A stretch of DNA of 38,915 bases from Octopus bimaculoides (GCF_001194135.2 NC_068982.1:178513539-178552453); one strand, 5' to 3'; shown: positions 1-14,506, counted from the stretch's first letter. Notes: generated from the letters alone by a model not told the origin. Program-made: numbers and translations.

Positions 1-1949
1 ATATATATGTACACATACGCATATATTACATTCAGTAACATCAAACACGAAGTTATAATCTCTGAAATGTATCAATTTAAATTAGAGTGTAGTTTTTTCC
101 CCTCTATCTTTCATTGATCTGCAGTTCCATTAAGGTAATATTTGAAATAAATATTTTCTCATGCTAATAAACAAAATTACGTACTGCATCTTTGAAACCT
201 TACAAGTAAAACAGTAATTCTTCTTCTGATTGTATTTGAATGAAAACGAGAACATAAAAACTTTACTATAAAATATATCTGACCTAAGTATAGAAGATCT
301 GTGCTGTAGTCTAACGAAATCTTCTGGTGTTGTTCTGAGAATAAATGAAATCTTACAAAAGTAGATATTTACAACGATTTCCCTATCTTTGAGTGTACTA
401 ATTATTTTCGTTATTTAGAAAACTCCGCAATTTTTGCATAAAAATGGAATTGAAGGTGTGACGTTCACTTTTTCCCAGAGGGCGTTAGCAAAAAAAAAAA
501 AAAGAAAAAATTGGGTCGCGGAATATCGATGTTGCCGTAAGTCATTTCGTGTCTCACACAGCTAGTAATTCTTTAAGAATGCTGATAATTTATTTTTTCA
601 TTACCTGATATATTTTGGTCATCATTATGTTGCTATATCAGGGTAGATTATTTATACATTGAAATAACTCACTGCATGTATGCGAATTCTGTGCTTAACT
701 TTATTAACCGGCAGATGTAACAGTTGATTTTCTTGTACGTTTATTTCTTCTAATCATTTATAAGTTTTCTTCTAACGTCGTGATTCACAGCAAAAATGAA
801 AAATAATAAATAAATAAATAAATAAATGAGTTCCTTTGGCATGATAAATTTACATAGTTTTGTGCTATTTTAAAATATGATAACATTTCAGAATATATAT
901 GTAATTGAACAAAATAGATCTAAAGATAACATGAGCATTACAAGAAATGCAATATTCTAAATATATTTAAATTAATGTTTAAAGCTTGTAGTTATGTAAA
1001 TTCTAAAGAGAATGCATATAACCTTATCATTCGATATATTCTATTTATGGATTGTATATCTTGAATATGCTTTAGTAAACACCTATCATTAAGAAACTAA
1101 AGGCTATTTTACTCACGAACACAAAATTAATGGTGACTTGATTGTTCTACAAGTGTACTGCACACCTTGTGCTTCCAAGGAGTAAGACGTTATCTGCGTT
1201 GCAGGGCCCTTTCGTTCTGCTGTTGTTTCAGCTAGATTTATGTTCACTAGATAATTTCGAAGTATATGTTATGCAGTTCATACATAATTATATAAGTTAT
1301 TTGACTTGAAACTAGGAATTTAATATTCAATTTATAGATAAGAAATATTATTAATATTATTACATGAAACAGAAGCATTATGTCGTGCACAGTTTTGATA
1401 AGGAAAGAAGATTATGACTCCTTGAGTGATTGTCTCTAAAGACATGAAAGGCATTGTATGAATTAGTATACAATAAGCCTTTTTGTGCTTGAGAGTTGTT
1501 TCAATACTTCAAATATACATCCAAAACATAAGAGATGTAAAGAGAATGGTGCGTGAAACAAAATGTTACAAGGTACGTCAGTGACATCATGGGACAGATT
1601 TGGTCTCCAAATAATTAGTGATTTTGGCAATTAAAACCTCGGGTCATATTTTCTGTTATAGCTATTGCAGACCACCATAAATTGGATTTTACCTCTTGTT
1701 GATGTAACATCAGTTGTTTATTACTTTAGAATAACCTCATAACCAAATATGACATGAATTTCTTTTAGATTTCTATAATGGTTCTGGTTACATCACACGT
1801 GCAATTCAATCAATATATTGATAATTTCTGTTACGAAAACATCGTAAAGTAATCTTCAAGAGGATACTCAGCCTGGTTTTCATTCAGTTTATGTGGAGTT
1901 CGTCTATCAAACTTATTTTCGTACAATTATTTGCTCATGAGGAAAGGAG

Positions 1950-2960
1950 AGTGGCCAGAATGATACGGTTTATATGTAGCTGAGATGTGAGGAGGAAGAA
2001 TGGCAAGGTCTGAGGGATGAAGACACAGAGTGAGCGAAAACTAGATGGTAGCTAGCTGGAAGTAGTTAGAAATTTGTTAGTTCAGATGAACAAAGCTCAT
2101 TATAGAAAGCAGAGACTGTAGGGTGTCGAAGAATGGATCAGTGGTGATCAGTTGAATGATTGCATTTTAGAAGAAATCTGAAAAGCTTTTAGTAGCAATA
2201 ACATCAGATGCCAGAGTAGTCTTTGGCATGAAGACTTAGCTAGGAAATGATTGTAGGGATGTCAGTAAAGATCATCAAATATTATAGGACTTGAATTTGT
2301 AGCAGTCTCAAGAGTTGTATCGGTTTCAAGGGTTAATTGCATGTTGGTCAAAACTAGAAAGTGCGAAATACAATATTGTTTTACTGGTAGCAAAAGTGAC
2401 TGTTTCTTTATGCTCTGCAAGAGACAAGGCATTCATGTTTTTATATGAGAAATTTTAGAGATCACCGTTAATGGAAGCTGAGTAAGTCTGGTGTGTGGTA
2501 TATAGATTGTATGTAGATAATGGCTGTGGGAAGAAGCTCAAGAAGAGGTTATCAGCTACATATGAATGACTTCCTAGCTAGTAGGTTGTTAACATACAGT
2601 AGGATGAGAGTGTGGTAAGCAGCCTAACTGAACTGAAGGGGGTACACCACATTTGACAGATTGGGGTTCCATTGGGCACCTTCGATGCACACTGTAATTG
2701 CGTGATGAAACGTCGAAACTTCCAATTCAGTGTCGAGAGGGTTGTCAGGATAGACAATATAAAAGACTTTGTTGATACTAAGTACAAGTTTTCAAGACTG
2801 AAGAACTTAATTTCTTAAGAATGAGGGACCACTAATGAGTAGCAAAAGAGCAGGTTTCTGCTATATTTGTCACTACAAAGCAGAAGGGGAAGGAATGAAA
2901 GCATAAGAAAGGCTGACTGTTGACAATTTGGTGTATGACTAGCATCTAAACACCATATTT
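1950..2960 (-). mobile_element. Decayed CR1/L2-like non-LTR retrotransposon, RT and 3' region
   Basis: Frameshifted minus-strand remnants occur in the expected order: LSINKSL (LDISKAFD-like, ~2770), KCGVPP (GVPQG-like, ~2650), SYVADN (YADD-like, ~2560) and LCSSEL (~2090). There are many stops. Confidence 0.6.
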
Positions 2961-3275
2961 ATTTATATCTAAAGAGCGCGGCTTATTTAGAGTTAAATGT
3001 CACTGGTATACACAGCCAGTAACTGGATACACAAACTGTTACAATGATGGCGAAGAAGTACAATAAGAAATCCACCAGCTATAATAGCGCGCATAGTGTT
3101 GGCATAATATGATATGATATATCAAAAACTCAGCTTACAAGAACCGGTCGACCTGGAAAAAGATATGACTATATATATATATATATATATAAATAAGCAA
3201 CACGGATTTCAAAGGTGATTGCAGTAGTACCATATTCAACCTTGAATCTATATATATATATATATATATATATAT

Positions 3276-3429
3276 NNNNNNNNNNNNNNNNNNNNNNNNN
3301 NNNNNNNNNNNNNNNNNNNNNNNNNNNNNNNNNNNNNNNNNNNNNNNNNNNNNNNNNNNNNNNNNNNNNNNNNNNNNNNNNNNNNNNNNNNNNNNNNNNN
3401 NNNNNNNNNNNNNNNNNNNNNNNNNNNNN
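3276..3429. other. Assembly gap (others: 7193-7725, 10656-10812, 20727-21087, 21501-21849, 36621-36642, 37503-37781)
   Basis: Runs of N, nearly all abutting (TA)n or (CA)n tracts. Confidence 0.99.
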
Positions 3430-6400
3430 ATATACATGTACGTGTGTGCGTTAGTGCGAGCGCTTGCGTGCATATCAAGTGCATATTCATTCTATAGTTG
3501 TATATAGTAAATGCTGTACATCTAGACTTTGGAATATTATTTTGTATTACATATTCACATTGACTTTATTTTTTTTAGTTTCGGATTATAATTAACAACG
3601 ATATATTGGAAAAATGCTAATATATTTTGGCTAAGGAAAGGAACCAAATTCTTTGATAATGACTTGAGTTTGTATACACTCCCTTACTCAGTTATTATAA
3701 ATGACACCTAAAAATATTTTCTGCAGCTTTGGTTATAAATTAGCCTAATCATTCCATGTTCGAATGTATTCACCAAAAAAAAAAAATCCCCAAAATGTAA
3801 TAAATAAGCACAATTTTTAATGAAATCAACCTATAAATTGTTTTCAATATTATATAATATTACGATGATGTCTACGAACTCAGAAAACGGAAAGAATCTT
3901 CCTATTGAATTTGTTTTCTTGCAAATCTACAAAAATGAATAGTTTTAGAAATCAATCTTCATCTTGTTCTAAATATCATAAAATATATCCTAGCATATGT
4001 TTTTGATTTTAGAAGTAAGAATGTGCCACTTAGTTAAAAATAAAAACAAATCTTTCTATCTCTAGAAACTCCATTTAAGTAGTTAAAATTGAAGTAATTT
4101 ACTTTCTTCATTTCATATCGAGAATTAATTTTGTAGAGTGGCTAATTGCGTCTTACTAAATTCTTAATTAATATATGTTTAAAGCAATTTTTACTTTGCT
4201 GGTAATAATACATTTCTTATTTTCCCCTTCAGTGAATTATTATTTCTGTTCTGTGAATATGCAAGTAAAGGAATTATTATGGAAATTATCATATTGAATA
4301 ATAATTTTCGGTTGCTTTAAATTAGCATTTATCTTACTTAATGACTATCTAATTAGCCAAGATATTGTTACCGTATTTTATGCGGTGGGCATTATAAAAA
4401 AAAATGAATATTATGCGGCGAGGAAAAGATTAGTCTATTTGTCTATGAACAATAGAACAACTAATTAATTTTTGGTAAATGAGAAGTAAATCAGAAATTC
4501 GATGATCGCCTTAATTGAATCTTTTCTAAATATACCTTGTGTTTATACAAGTAATCAATACTATCCATCAAAACTTGACACCCTGTAAAACTATCTAGGC
4601 TCTACTTACATATGTTATCGGTATTAAAAATTTGTCCTGAAATATCATTGGCCATGTAGAAAAGAATGCCAGATCTGCTTTTAGATGTTGCAGATTAAAC
4701 AACCTCGTTGAATTCATTTCCCATTAGTATCACTAATGTATTTTTCAATGTTTGTTTTCAAACGATTTAATTTTTGTTGTGACAACACTTATAATATTTA
4801 TGAATAGTCTGATGTGGAGAGGTAACGATATTGCATAAATATTTTCTGAAGTAAAAATGTATATAAAAGAAGAAAAAAATCTGTAATCATTCATATAATC
4901 GCCGACTCAAAGAAATCTGCCATTATCTTCACCATATCGGATGAATAAGTTTCTTATTTCAAGGAATTTTCTGTTGAACCTCTAGAAAGAAGAATGCTTT
5001 TGATCTATGAGCATCTTAGTAATTTGATTTTCAAACCGGCTACAAAGAAAGAAAAAAAAATCACATATGGCGAAATTAAATAGATTACTAAAATTATGTA
5101 GAATTATTGTGCGAAAGATATATGCATGTACACTCAGACGCCAATAGTACATAATAGAAAGAAATATATATTGACAAGTACGCATTTATATAAGGACCTA
5201 AATTATGAATTTTATATCTCTCACATAAAAATCACCACTTCAGTGATTTTATTGCTTAACATATTTCAATACATATATTTACACGCATAAACATGAACAT
5301 CAAAATATCAAACATTACAGGAAAAAGAAGAAAGAAAAAAAACAGAGTTAAGAGGAAAACAGCTATTAGGAGGAGGTAAAAAAGATTCGAAGATAAAAGC
5401 TCTTGATCCATTGCTGGATATTGCTCAAGTTTTCATTTTTTTTTACATTAAAACCTAATTGATTATGGTTGTAATAAAACGTCGAAAGATTTGTGAAGTA
5501 AATTACGCCATGAATACCACACATTAATGAAAAATAGTTTGATAAATTGGGCTCATAAATTTTTCTATTGAGACAGATTACTTAATGATGGGGCAAGAGA
5601 AAGTTAGTAAAGGAGGAAATATGATATATTAGCAAATATACTAAATGTTTGAGATGTCATCTAATTAGGAATTATGGAAAATATGTCACTATGTAAAATA
5701 TTTGACAAATTAATCAATTACGTAGAGGATAAAATACATGCAATGAAAATATTTAATATTTAGCATATGAAATACACATAGATAAATAGAAATTAAATAT
5801 ATTTGGAAAAACATAATAAAAATTGAAATGATGTACATATATTCATAAATACATACATATACACAGAGAGACATAAATACAAACATATACACAGAGAGGC
5901 ATGAATACATACATATATACAGATCACACAGGCAAACATTCACACACATATGCACACTTACACTAAAGACAGCTATAAACTTTAAGCCACACTCATTTAA
6001 CGGATTGAAGACAAGATTAGATCTCGAGAATATTATTATTATTATCGAACACATGTAAATGAATATCATTCGTTACAGATGACCTTATGTTCCTTTCTAT
6101 ACAAACTTTCCAAACGAATGTTGTATTGGGGTTATCTGTTGGTATTTATAGCAAAAAATTTAGGTGGCCTGTTTGAACACGTAGCTTTTCTACAGATAGA
6201 TAGAGAGGATAAACAGATTTTAGATTGAAGTAAAATAAAAAGGGGAATAGTGTATATCACTGGTAGAACACTTGTGGTTAGAATGATATAGATGAGTCTC
6301 TATGAAAATTCAAGAAATGATTATAATTAGATGCACAATAAAACAAAAAGGAAAAGAAAATTCGATAGAGAAAAAGAGAGAGAGAGAGAAAGAGAGAGAG

Positions 6401-7746
6401 TAACAACAAAAAGAAATAGTTTAGAGGATTGTAAAGGGAATGAAGGGATATGTGGGAGTAATAGGCAAACGTAGGTGGCGAAATTGTATGATTTTTAGAA
6501 GTATGAAAGGCCAAAGTAACCTATATATATCTTTCATTAAGAATATAGAATAAACATTCTAAATTCCCTTTATACTAATAGAAAATGATACGTGGCTGCT
6601 AGTTAGATGTTTGTGTTTTTAACCAGAACGTAGGTTAATTCATATAATTGAACGTGCCTTTAAAAAGTTTCAACTAATTTCTAATATATTCCTGTACAGT
6701 TAACATAGAGTAAGAATGTATCTTATTTTTATCAATTTAGCAATAAATTCTAAATTGTTCCGGTATCTTTGGGAGCCATATACATATAATATCTTGTCCG
6801 ACCAGATATAAGGTCAAACTAACCAGTATAAATCCTTCACAACTCTTCTCTACTCTGAACAAAGGGCTAGTCTCAGAGTACATAGAGTTGTCTTTTGATA
6901 TAATAAATATATATAATAAATATATCTATCCACTCTACCCAACTTATTAAGTTCTATATCAGATATTGCTTGCACTATGTAGACCCAATACGTTACATCT
7001 GTTACATTACTACATATATACACATACACATCTACAGGCGTGTGTATGTCTAAACAAGTATACATCAACCGTCTGGCAAAACACGTGATTGTCACTATTG
7101 ATATCGTAAACATATTTGTTTATCTATATTTATCTATGTTCTATGTTCTATATGTATATACACACACATCCATACAAGCCTAATATATATATNNNNNNNN
7201 NNNNNNNNNNNNNNNNNNNNNNNNNNNNNNNNNNNNNNNNNNNNNNNNNNNNNNNNNNNNNNNNNNNNNNNNNNNNNNNNNNNNNNNNNNNNNNNNNNNN
7301 NNNNNNNNNNNNNNNNNNNNNNNNNNNNNNNNNNNNNNNNNNNNNNNNNNNNNNNNNNNNNNNNNNNNNNNNNNNNNNNNNNNNNNNNNNNNNNNNNNNN
7401 NNNNNNNNNNNNNNNNNNNNNNNNNNNNNNNNNNNNNNNNNNNNNNNNNNNNNNNNNNNNNNNNNNNNNNNNNNNNNNNNNNNNNNNNNNNNNNNNNNNN
7501 NNNNNNNNNNNNNNNNNNNNNNNNNNNNNNNNNNNNNNNNNNNNNNNNNNNNNNNNNNNNNNNNNNNNNNNNNNNNNNNNNNNNNNNNNNNNNNNNNNNN
7601 NNNNNNNNNNNNNNNNNNNNNNNNNNNNNNNNNNNNNNNNNNNNNNNNNNNNNNNNNNNNNNNNNNNNNNNNNNNNNNNNNNNNNNNNNNNNNNNNNNNN
7701 NNNNNNNNNNNNNNNNNNNNNNNNNTGTATATATAAATGTACATGC

Positions 7747-7779
<33 letters not shown>

Positions 7780-7784
7780 TTATG

Positions 7785-7849
<65 letters not shown>

Positions 7850-8400
7850 ATGTGTGTGTGCGTGTATGTGTGTATCAAAATTGAGTCGAACAAAAGCTAT
7901 ATCGTTCTCTCCGGAAGAAACAAAATACTCTGTTAAAATGCATGGCTTTAATACATGTTGTAACAACCCTAATCCTTTGAGTCATTTATTTAAGTGATCA
8001 AATCGTATTTTCTGAACATTACTATATATATATAGTTCGCGACATATGTTCAAAACTCGCATATAACATACAAACACTCACAGTAAATGGTAAAGAGACA
8101 GGGAGGGGTGAGAGACGTACATGTGTGTTTCTGTGTGCGTGCTTGTGACGAATAAAAAATATTTTCTTTGTAAAACTATAAATATAAGTATGATTACTAA
8201 TAGAAAATAAATGCATACTCCCAGAAATTCTATTGTAAATAAAATGTTTCTATTATCATCACTATTTTTGTCATTCCTCATCACTGCCGCTTAAGGTGGC
8301 AGAAACGGTAAAGTTACGGATGAAATCTGTTGTCTTAGTTATTTATATTCTTATACGTCGTGTAATGATATCTAGGTCAACGGACTTGATACTGGATATA

Positions 8401-8896
8401 CAGTAATCACTCGCCATATTGCTGTTCACCTATCGCGCCCTCAGTACAACACAGATCTTTCTGGCTAATCTATATAAATTTATATCGCAGACTCCTCAGT
8501 ATATCGCAGGTTTCTGCGGCCTATAGGTTTTTATATTGTTTTAGATTTTAATTATTTCTGTGTTAAAATAAGCATTTTCACGCCTAAAAATTAATAGATT
8601 AATAAATAAAAAATACAATACAGTACTGCACTGTATAACACATTAATTAAATTATATTTAAAGAAAATACATTGTGTACTGTAGATGAGTAAACAAAGAA
8701 TCGCACATACTGTATGGAAAACGAAACTCGGATGGCGAGTGTGTTGTGCTGTTTTGCATTTATAATAAAATAAATGTACACAAATTATAAAAATAATAAA
8801 AAATATATACTGTACAGTACTGTTTCTATTTCGCAGATTTTCACTTATCGCGGAGGGTTTTGAAACGTAACACCCGCAACAGTCGAGGGATTATTG
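8401..8896. mobile_element. Tigger/pogo-like (Tc1/mariner superfamily) MITE
   Basis: The left end TA|CAGTAATCACTCG matches the reverse complement of the right end CGAGGGATTATTG (11/13). There are subterminal ATATCGCAG/TATCGCGG motifs and an AT-rich non-coding interior with TACAGTACTG palindromes. The TA target is present on the left; the right side reads TC. Confidence 0.75.
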
Positions 8897-10821
8897 TCTT
8901 TAATTCGATTACAAGTTTCCTTAAAATGTATGGTATCCTTTCTACAGATATTAAAAAATCGATGATTCTAAACAAAAACTTTTGTTTTAATTACTTAATT
9001 AGAGGAGGTACAGCGTGCATGATTCTTTTTAGAGATTTTTCTTAGAGAGAAAGTTATCCTAAAATGTACAGAAAGACGTTCTAACTGAACTATATTCCGA
9101 TTCTGCTATTTGAAACCAGGATACTTCACTTTCGCAACTAATTGTCAAGACTTCTCATGTTTCTATAGACGCTATAATTAAAAAAGAATAACTTTGAATA
9201 TTACAATTTAATTGAATGAGGTACCGAAATATTTCATTTGATCAAATATCAAAGATTTTATTACATATTGATACATGATTCCTCAATACATGTCACCATT
9301 TCAACGAGCACTTATATTTTAACTAGAAGTTTTAGCGAAAAATACGACGCATTTCAACATGTTTTTATAATTTTTCTTGTAGTAACTATTTTTTCATTTG
9401 CCTCGGCGGAATCTCTGGTTATCATCATTCAACGTGTTAATATTACGTGAATATGAATGGTATATACAGTTAAACTGATGGTGGATTTTCGAAAACCATC
9501 AGTGAAATGAGTGTGATTGAGAATTAAAACAAGTTGAATAATAGCCGACAAGTAAATGAGCAATGTGTAGAAGACAGGAATTAAACTTTTAACTTGTACA
9601 TCTAGAAAATAACTTTATAATATCTTCTGATGTTTTTTTGTTAACGAGTTAACATTTCATCTATCACATTTATCTTCAGCTTCATACATACACATACACA
9701 CATATTTTGCATACACGCACGCATGCACGAACGCATTCACGCACGCACGCACACACACATATACACACACACACACAAACACACACGCACGCACACACAC
9801 ACACATACACATACAGTGCATGGAGAGGGATGTACAGAAAATCTAACATGTTATATTGTAAAATATTGCTCATTGACTTTTGCTTGAAAATCAATATAAC
9901 GATAAATTCCAAAATATAAAGCACCATGTTTTACAACTGCTGCGTATTACTCCTGCAAACCCTCGATAAATTTCCCATCGATTCCACACTAGATACCTTC
10001 ACTAGTTTTTCTAACACTGAATTTCTATGATACTTTTCTTTGAACGATTTTTCTTTGAACGAGCATTAACCTGCTTGTGTTCAAGTTGGATTACAACTGA
10101 GATCGACACTACGTTTCCACATTCTGTTAACTACACACCAACCACTAAAATGTCATAAAAGGTGTACATTCTTTCTCCATTTCTAGAAAGACATTTCTAA
10201 TATCATTCAAATAAATTAAAAATTAAATTTTTTGAATGATTTCATAATTTAATTTCAGTTTATATAAATGCAATACGCAATGGATTTACACAATTTATCA
10301 GGATTTGTATTATTTATTAGATTCGTATTTTTATTGCTAGGGCTATTTTTATACATGCATATGATGTTATAGCAACAGTACAAGAAATAGTGAAACTTTG
10401 ATAATTACTGGTGCAAGCATTAGGAAGATTTTCGATGAAGTTTAAATCGCTTGTGTGTTTATCAAAGATATGGTATATCGTATATCGTATATCAAAGATA
10501 TCATACAGAGGAAAGTACTTTAATGTATGCTAAAAGCAAACTTTGCAAGAGTCATGACGCAATTTGAAAACAGTTACATATTAAAAACATGAAAATCCCA
10601 AATTTATAACGACTTTGAAACATTATACAGTCTCTATGAGTAAGCTGTATGCAGCNNNNNNNNNNNNNNNNNNNNNNNNNNNNNNNNNNNNNNNNNNNNN
10701 NNNNNNNNNNNNNNNNNNNNNNNNNNNNNNNNNNNNNNNNNNNNNNNNNNNNNNNNNNNNNNNNNNNNNNNNNNNNNNNNNNNNNNNNNNNNNNNNNNNN
10801 NNNNNNNNNNNNATATATATA

Positions 10822-11490
10822 CAAAATGGAATAAAATTTGTCCATACAAGAGAATACATCAGAGAATCTATTGAGTCTATCGAGTGACGAGGTGTTATGA
10901 TGGCGAAGAATAGCGAGGGGTTCGCTGCAACACAGCTTACAAGCACGGTGCTTAGTGTTGTATGCGGAAGCTCCAGAAGCTACGGACCAAGATAAGGTAT
11001 AGGGAATATTATGGGACTTGAAGTGATGTATGTATATAGCTAGAGAGGTAGAGAGTTCAGTGGCGCATTTGAGAAAGAATTCAGGTGATCCCCATAGCAG
11101 CGCTTAAAATCAACAGCACTGCTAATGTAGACTCTAGCCTGGTGGGAACGTTGGGTTATTACTCGGATACGTTCAACAGACTGTCGAACAGACAGTCGAC
11201 ACAAGCCCGTCAGTACAAGATTTATTAGAGAGAGAGAGAGAGAGAGTGGAATCAGGTGATGACATCCCTGGTAGTTGAGAGACCTGTCGATTACAGCTTT
11301 CCCTGCTAGTAGTGATTCATATGATCAGTTATCCTCGAGCTAGGACTGGAAGTGTTATCGTTCCTAGTATGGGGCTGGGAGAAGGTGTCACTTCTCTCAC
11401 ATGTATTAGGTTCACTTGTACAAGGGGCGATGATAACCAAATTATTCAGCCTCCGAGGTAGCCGGAATACCGGGCAAGTACTGGTCGTAG
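10822..11490 (-). mobile_element. Penelope-like element fragment, GIY-YIG endonuclease C-terminus
   Basis: Minus translation gives RVYISSAVDFKRCYGDHLNSFSN, then a frameshift, then STSLAIYIHHFKSHNIPYTLSWSVASGASAYNTKHRACKLCCSEPLAIL. This fits the PLE pattern YIG..FK.R...H..SF...STSL..YI......Y.L.WS....A..Y....C.LC..E. The part at 11210-11490 is less certain. Confidence 0.7.
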
Positions 11491-11661
11491 GGGAATTCAG
11501 TTAGAGAGTAATGGAATGTGGATGGGCTTAGATTCTGCACTAGGAAAGAGGAGAATGGGCTTTGTTTTTAATTTAGTATTGGGAATATATGAGATCTCGT
11601 GGAAGCTGTTATTCCGGAGTGTCTGTTTATTGTACTGCGAATGATTATTACACATGCATAA

Positions 11662-11877
11662 GGCGGTGAGCTGGCTGAATCATTAGCGCGCTCGACGAAG
11701 TGATTAGCCGTATTTCGCCCGTCGCTATATTCTGAGTTCAAATTCCGCCGAGTTCGACTTTACCTTTCATCCTTTCGGGTTCGATAAAATAAGTACCAGT
11801 TGAACACTGGGGTCGATGAAATCGACTCATCTCCTCACCAAAAATTGCTGCCATTGAGGCAAAATTTGAAACCATTA
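11662..11877 (+). mobile_element. tRNA-derived SINE (octopus OK-like family)
   Basis: GGCGGTGAGCTGGC head, B box GAGTTCAAATTCC, and conserved body CCTTTCATCCTTTCGGGTTCGATAAAATAAGTACCAG. Homologous copies occur at 24088, 24310, 27366 and 27910. Confidence 0.9.
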
Positions 11878-12102
11878 TCACAGATGTCCTCATTAGCTGA
11901 TTGGTTAGAAATCCTGATAGAAACACCAGTGATAATGCTATTATAGCAAATCTAGAGTGATTAGACAAGATATTGACATATTGTATTGATTGTTTCGGTT
12001 TATAGAAAGGGTAATATAGGTTCGTATCATGTCAAAGTTCACATCTAAGATGTTAGTTAATTTAGTGCTATTTTCGAATGAGATAATTTATAGATGGATT
12101 TC

Positions 12103-12197
12103 CGGATACGTTCAACAGACGGTCGAACAGATAGTCAACAGAAAACCGTCAGTACAAGTTTTATTAGAGAGAGAGTGGATTCAGGTGATGACATCCC
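12103..12197. repeat. Second copy of segment 11164-11268 (PLE-derived)
   Basis: Direct copy CGGATACGTTCAACAGAC...CAGGTGATGACATCCC with 8 substitutions and a 10-bp shorter (AG)n tract. Confidence 0.9.
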
Positions 12198-12229
12198 CAG
12201 TACAATTCCTAAGAGGAAGCTTAACTTTC

Positions 12230-12525
12230 CCCCTTCCATTTTCTCGACTTCATTGTTAGTTCTTCAACAACAAATACTGCCTTACAAGCTCCTTCAGCAA
12301 CGTCTGCGATATCAGTCGAACCGGTCACCGTTTAATGGATCAATTCACGGAACACCTCGAAATCCGCCTGTGAAACCAGGACACTAATGTCAACATATTA
12401 TCGCGTTTGCCTTGGCTTTAAACACGATGGATTGCTAACTCATGTCTTTATAGAGAGCTGGATTTTATTCCCACTCCAGACCCATACATCTATCAGTCTC
12501 AAATTACAGCTCATCTTCTCCTAAG
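12230..12525 (+). mobile_element. Penelope-like element fragment, GIY-YIG domain of a different subfamily
   Basis: Translation at ~12310-12370 reads ISRTGHRLMDQFTEHLEIRL, matching the PLE motif IG.TGR.L..RF.EH...IR. It is preceded by a decayed NNKYCL (.IYCI.C-like) segment. Confidence 0.6.
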
Positions 12526-13205
12526 ATCTCCTCAGGCACACAGACACACAGACCCACCCGTATACATAATTACTGCATGTCATACTCATAAGCCCTTCCC
12601 CTCCAAAAGAACCTGTCCATGCATCTTAGCAACTTCTTCGATAATCGCATACAAGTATATACACATAAACACATAGGTTACAATTTCACACTTTCTCATA
12701 TATGTACTTCAGCATAAACCACAACCTTAATAATCACACGCCTAAACAAACGCGTATGTAGAACTTAAATACACACGCACACACAAGCAAACATTGACTA
12801 TAAACACCATCACCTTTTTCTTATGAAATACGCGAACACAAATAAAAATATACAATGATACACATACCATCTATTACTCAACTAGTCTACTCCCATTAGA
12901 CAATAGACATCTTGTACACGAAAACGCATACATGATGATGCACTAACGATATTAATAAGTGACAAACATATTTTTGCCTCCACAGGCACATGTACACTCA
13001 CATGAAACATATATGGTATTAAGACGTACAACACAGCCACATGTCGTGAACATACGTACACACAAATATATAACATATTTCTACGTCCAACCCACGCAGT
13101 CATGTATATATAAATAACAGGCATACACAAATAGACACATGCAGTCAAACACACACAAAGAATCTCGCACATGCAGACACTACTTCTCCAATTCTGTCAC
13201 ATGCT

Positions 13206-13599
13206 TGTTGTTGTTGTTGTTGGCACTCCGTCGCTTACGACGACGAGGGTTCCAGTTGATCCGATCAACGGAACAGCCTGCTCGTGAAATTAACGTGCAA
13301 GTGGCTGAGCACTCCACAGACACGTGTACCCTTAACGTAATTCTCGGGGATATTCAGCGTGACACAGTGTGACAAGGCTGACCCTTTGAATTACAGGCAC
13401 AACAGAAACAGGAAGTAAGAGTGAGAGAAAGTTGTGGTAAAAGAGTACAGCAGGGTTCGCCACCATCCCCTGCTGGAACCTCGTGGAGCTTTAGGTGTTT
13501 TCGCTCAATAAACACTCACAACGCCCGGTCTGGGAATCGAAACCACGATCCTATGACCGCGAGTCCGCTACCCTAACCACTGGGCCATTGCGCCTCCAC
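13206..13599 (-). mobile_element. Full-length tRNA-derived SINE with (AAC)n tail
   Basis: Minus head GTGGAGGCGCAATGGCCCAGTGG (A box) and GGTTTCGATTCCC (B box); the 3' tail ends GACGGAGTGCCAACAACAAC. Confidence 0.9.
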
Positions 13600-13989
13600 T
13601 GTCACATACTTATACATACACTAACACGCACACAGACTCACGCCTGTCTTCGTATTTACTGGACTTTCTTAAAATATTCCACCATCCAACTTCCGGTGAG
13701 TCGACTGTCAGCATGAACCCCAACTCCACGTGACAGTTCTTTTTTTAAAATTTTTTTTACCCCTTTTGCTTTTCCAGTTTCTCCTCGTTTTGCAGCTTCT
13801 CCTTTTCCACTGTCCAAAGAACGACAATATCCGAAACTTTATACTAATTAACTCTTTCCGTTTCCTTAAGCGCCAAATTGATATTATCGATTGCTAACTT
13901 ATGTCGTAGTTTAAATTTTTCGCCATACATGTGTATACATATATGTATATATCTGGAAGTATATCAATGTGTTTTCTTTTATTTCTCTG

Positions 13990-13990
<1 letters not shown>

Positions 13991-14072
<82 letters not shown>
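13991..14072. repeat. (CA)n microsatellite
   Basis: About 41 perfect units. Confidence 0.98.
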
Positions 14073-14079
<7 letters not shown>

Positions 14080-14506
14080 GTATATATATATATATGTACA
14101 CGTATATGTGTATGCATATGCATGTGCACGCGTACACACACGTACGCACACAAAATATATAAAGGTAAGCGTGTCTGAATATTTTAAGCAGATTGTAGCC
14201 TTAATCCAGGCTCAATTCGCGTCTTCTGAGTGATATTCTATACTAGGCAGAAAGAAACAATTTGGAAGACCGTGAGATAGATTGTAACAGAATTTAAAAG
14301 TCAACTGATCTCTCTGACAATAACACACACACACACATACATACACACAATATGCATACGTGTGCGTGTATGTGCGCGCGCGCGCGAGTATATAGATTAC
14401 CAGTTGCAGGCTGAACATTGACCTTATAAAAGACCTGATTTTGTTAGTGCCCATGATTATTGCATATCGTTGGAAATTGCTAAGATGAATATAAATGCTG
14501 TTCTAC

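Noticed and set aside
420-566. Possible non-autonomous Helitron 3' end (small hairpin then CTAG|T)
   Set aside because: The hairpin is only 4 bp and no 5' end was identified; the evidence is insufficient.
1114-1232. Possible minus-strand exon ETTAERKGPATQITSYSLEAQGVQYTCRTIKSPLILC ending at GTGAGT
   Set aside because: The acceptor is weak and the protein similarity is not recognisable; it needs RNA-seq.
1490-1572. Possible plus-strand exon ending AAG|GTACGT
   Set aside because: Short and unrecognisable, with no supporting neighbouring exons.
4610-4720. Minus-strand GTAAGT donor with upstream frame SGILFYMANDISGQIFNTDNI (laminin-G-like wording)
   Set aside because: There is an in-frame stop just upstream, no good polypyrimidine acceptor, and no partner exons found.
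9474-9503. 9-bp hairpin containing CTGATG and CGAAA
   Set aside because: A9 is replaced by G, there is no stem II or III, and the hairpin pairs the core itself, so it is not a hammerhead.
9635-9685. Minus-strand CTGAAGA...GAAA followed by a 6-bp hairpin
   Set aside because: No stem II, no U16.1 and no stem I.
13808-13845. CCAAAGA...CCGAAAC resembling a decayed PLE hammerhead
   Set aside because: The core is mutated and no helices can be drawn.
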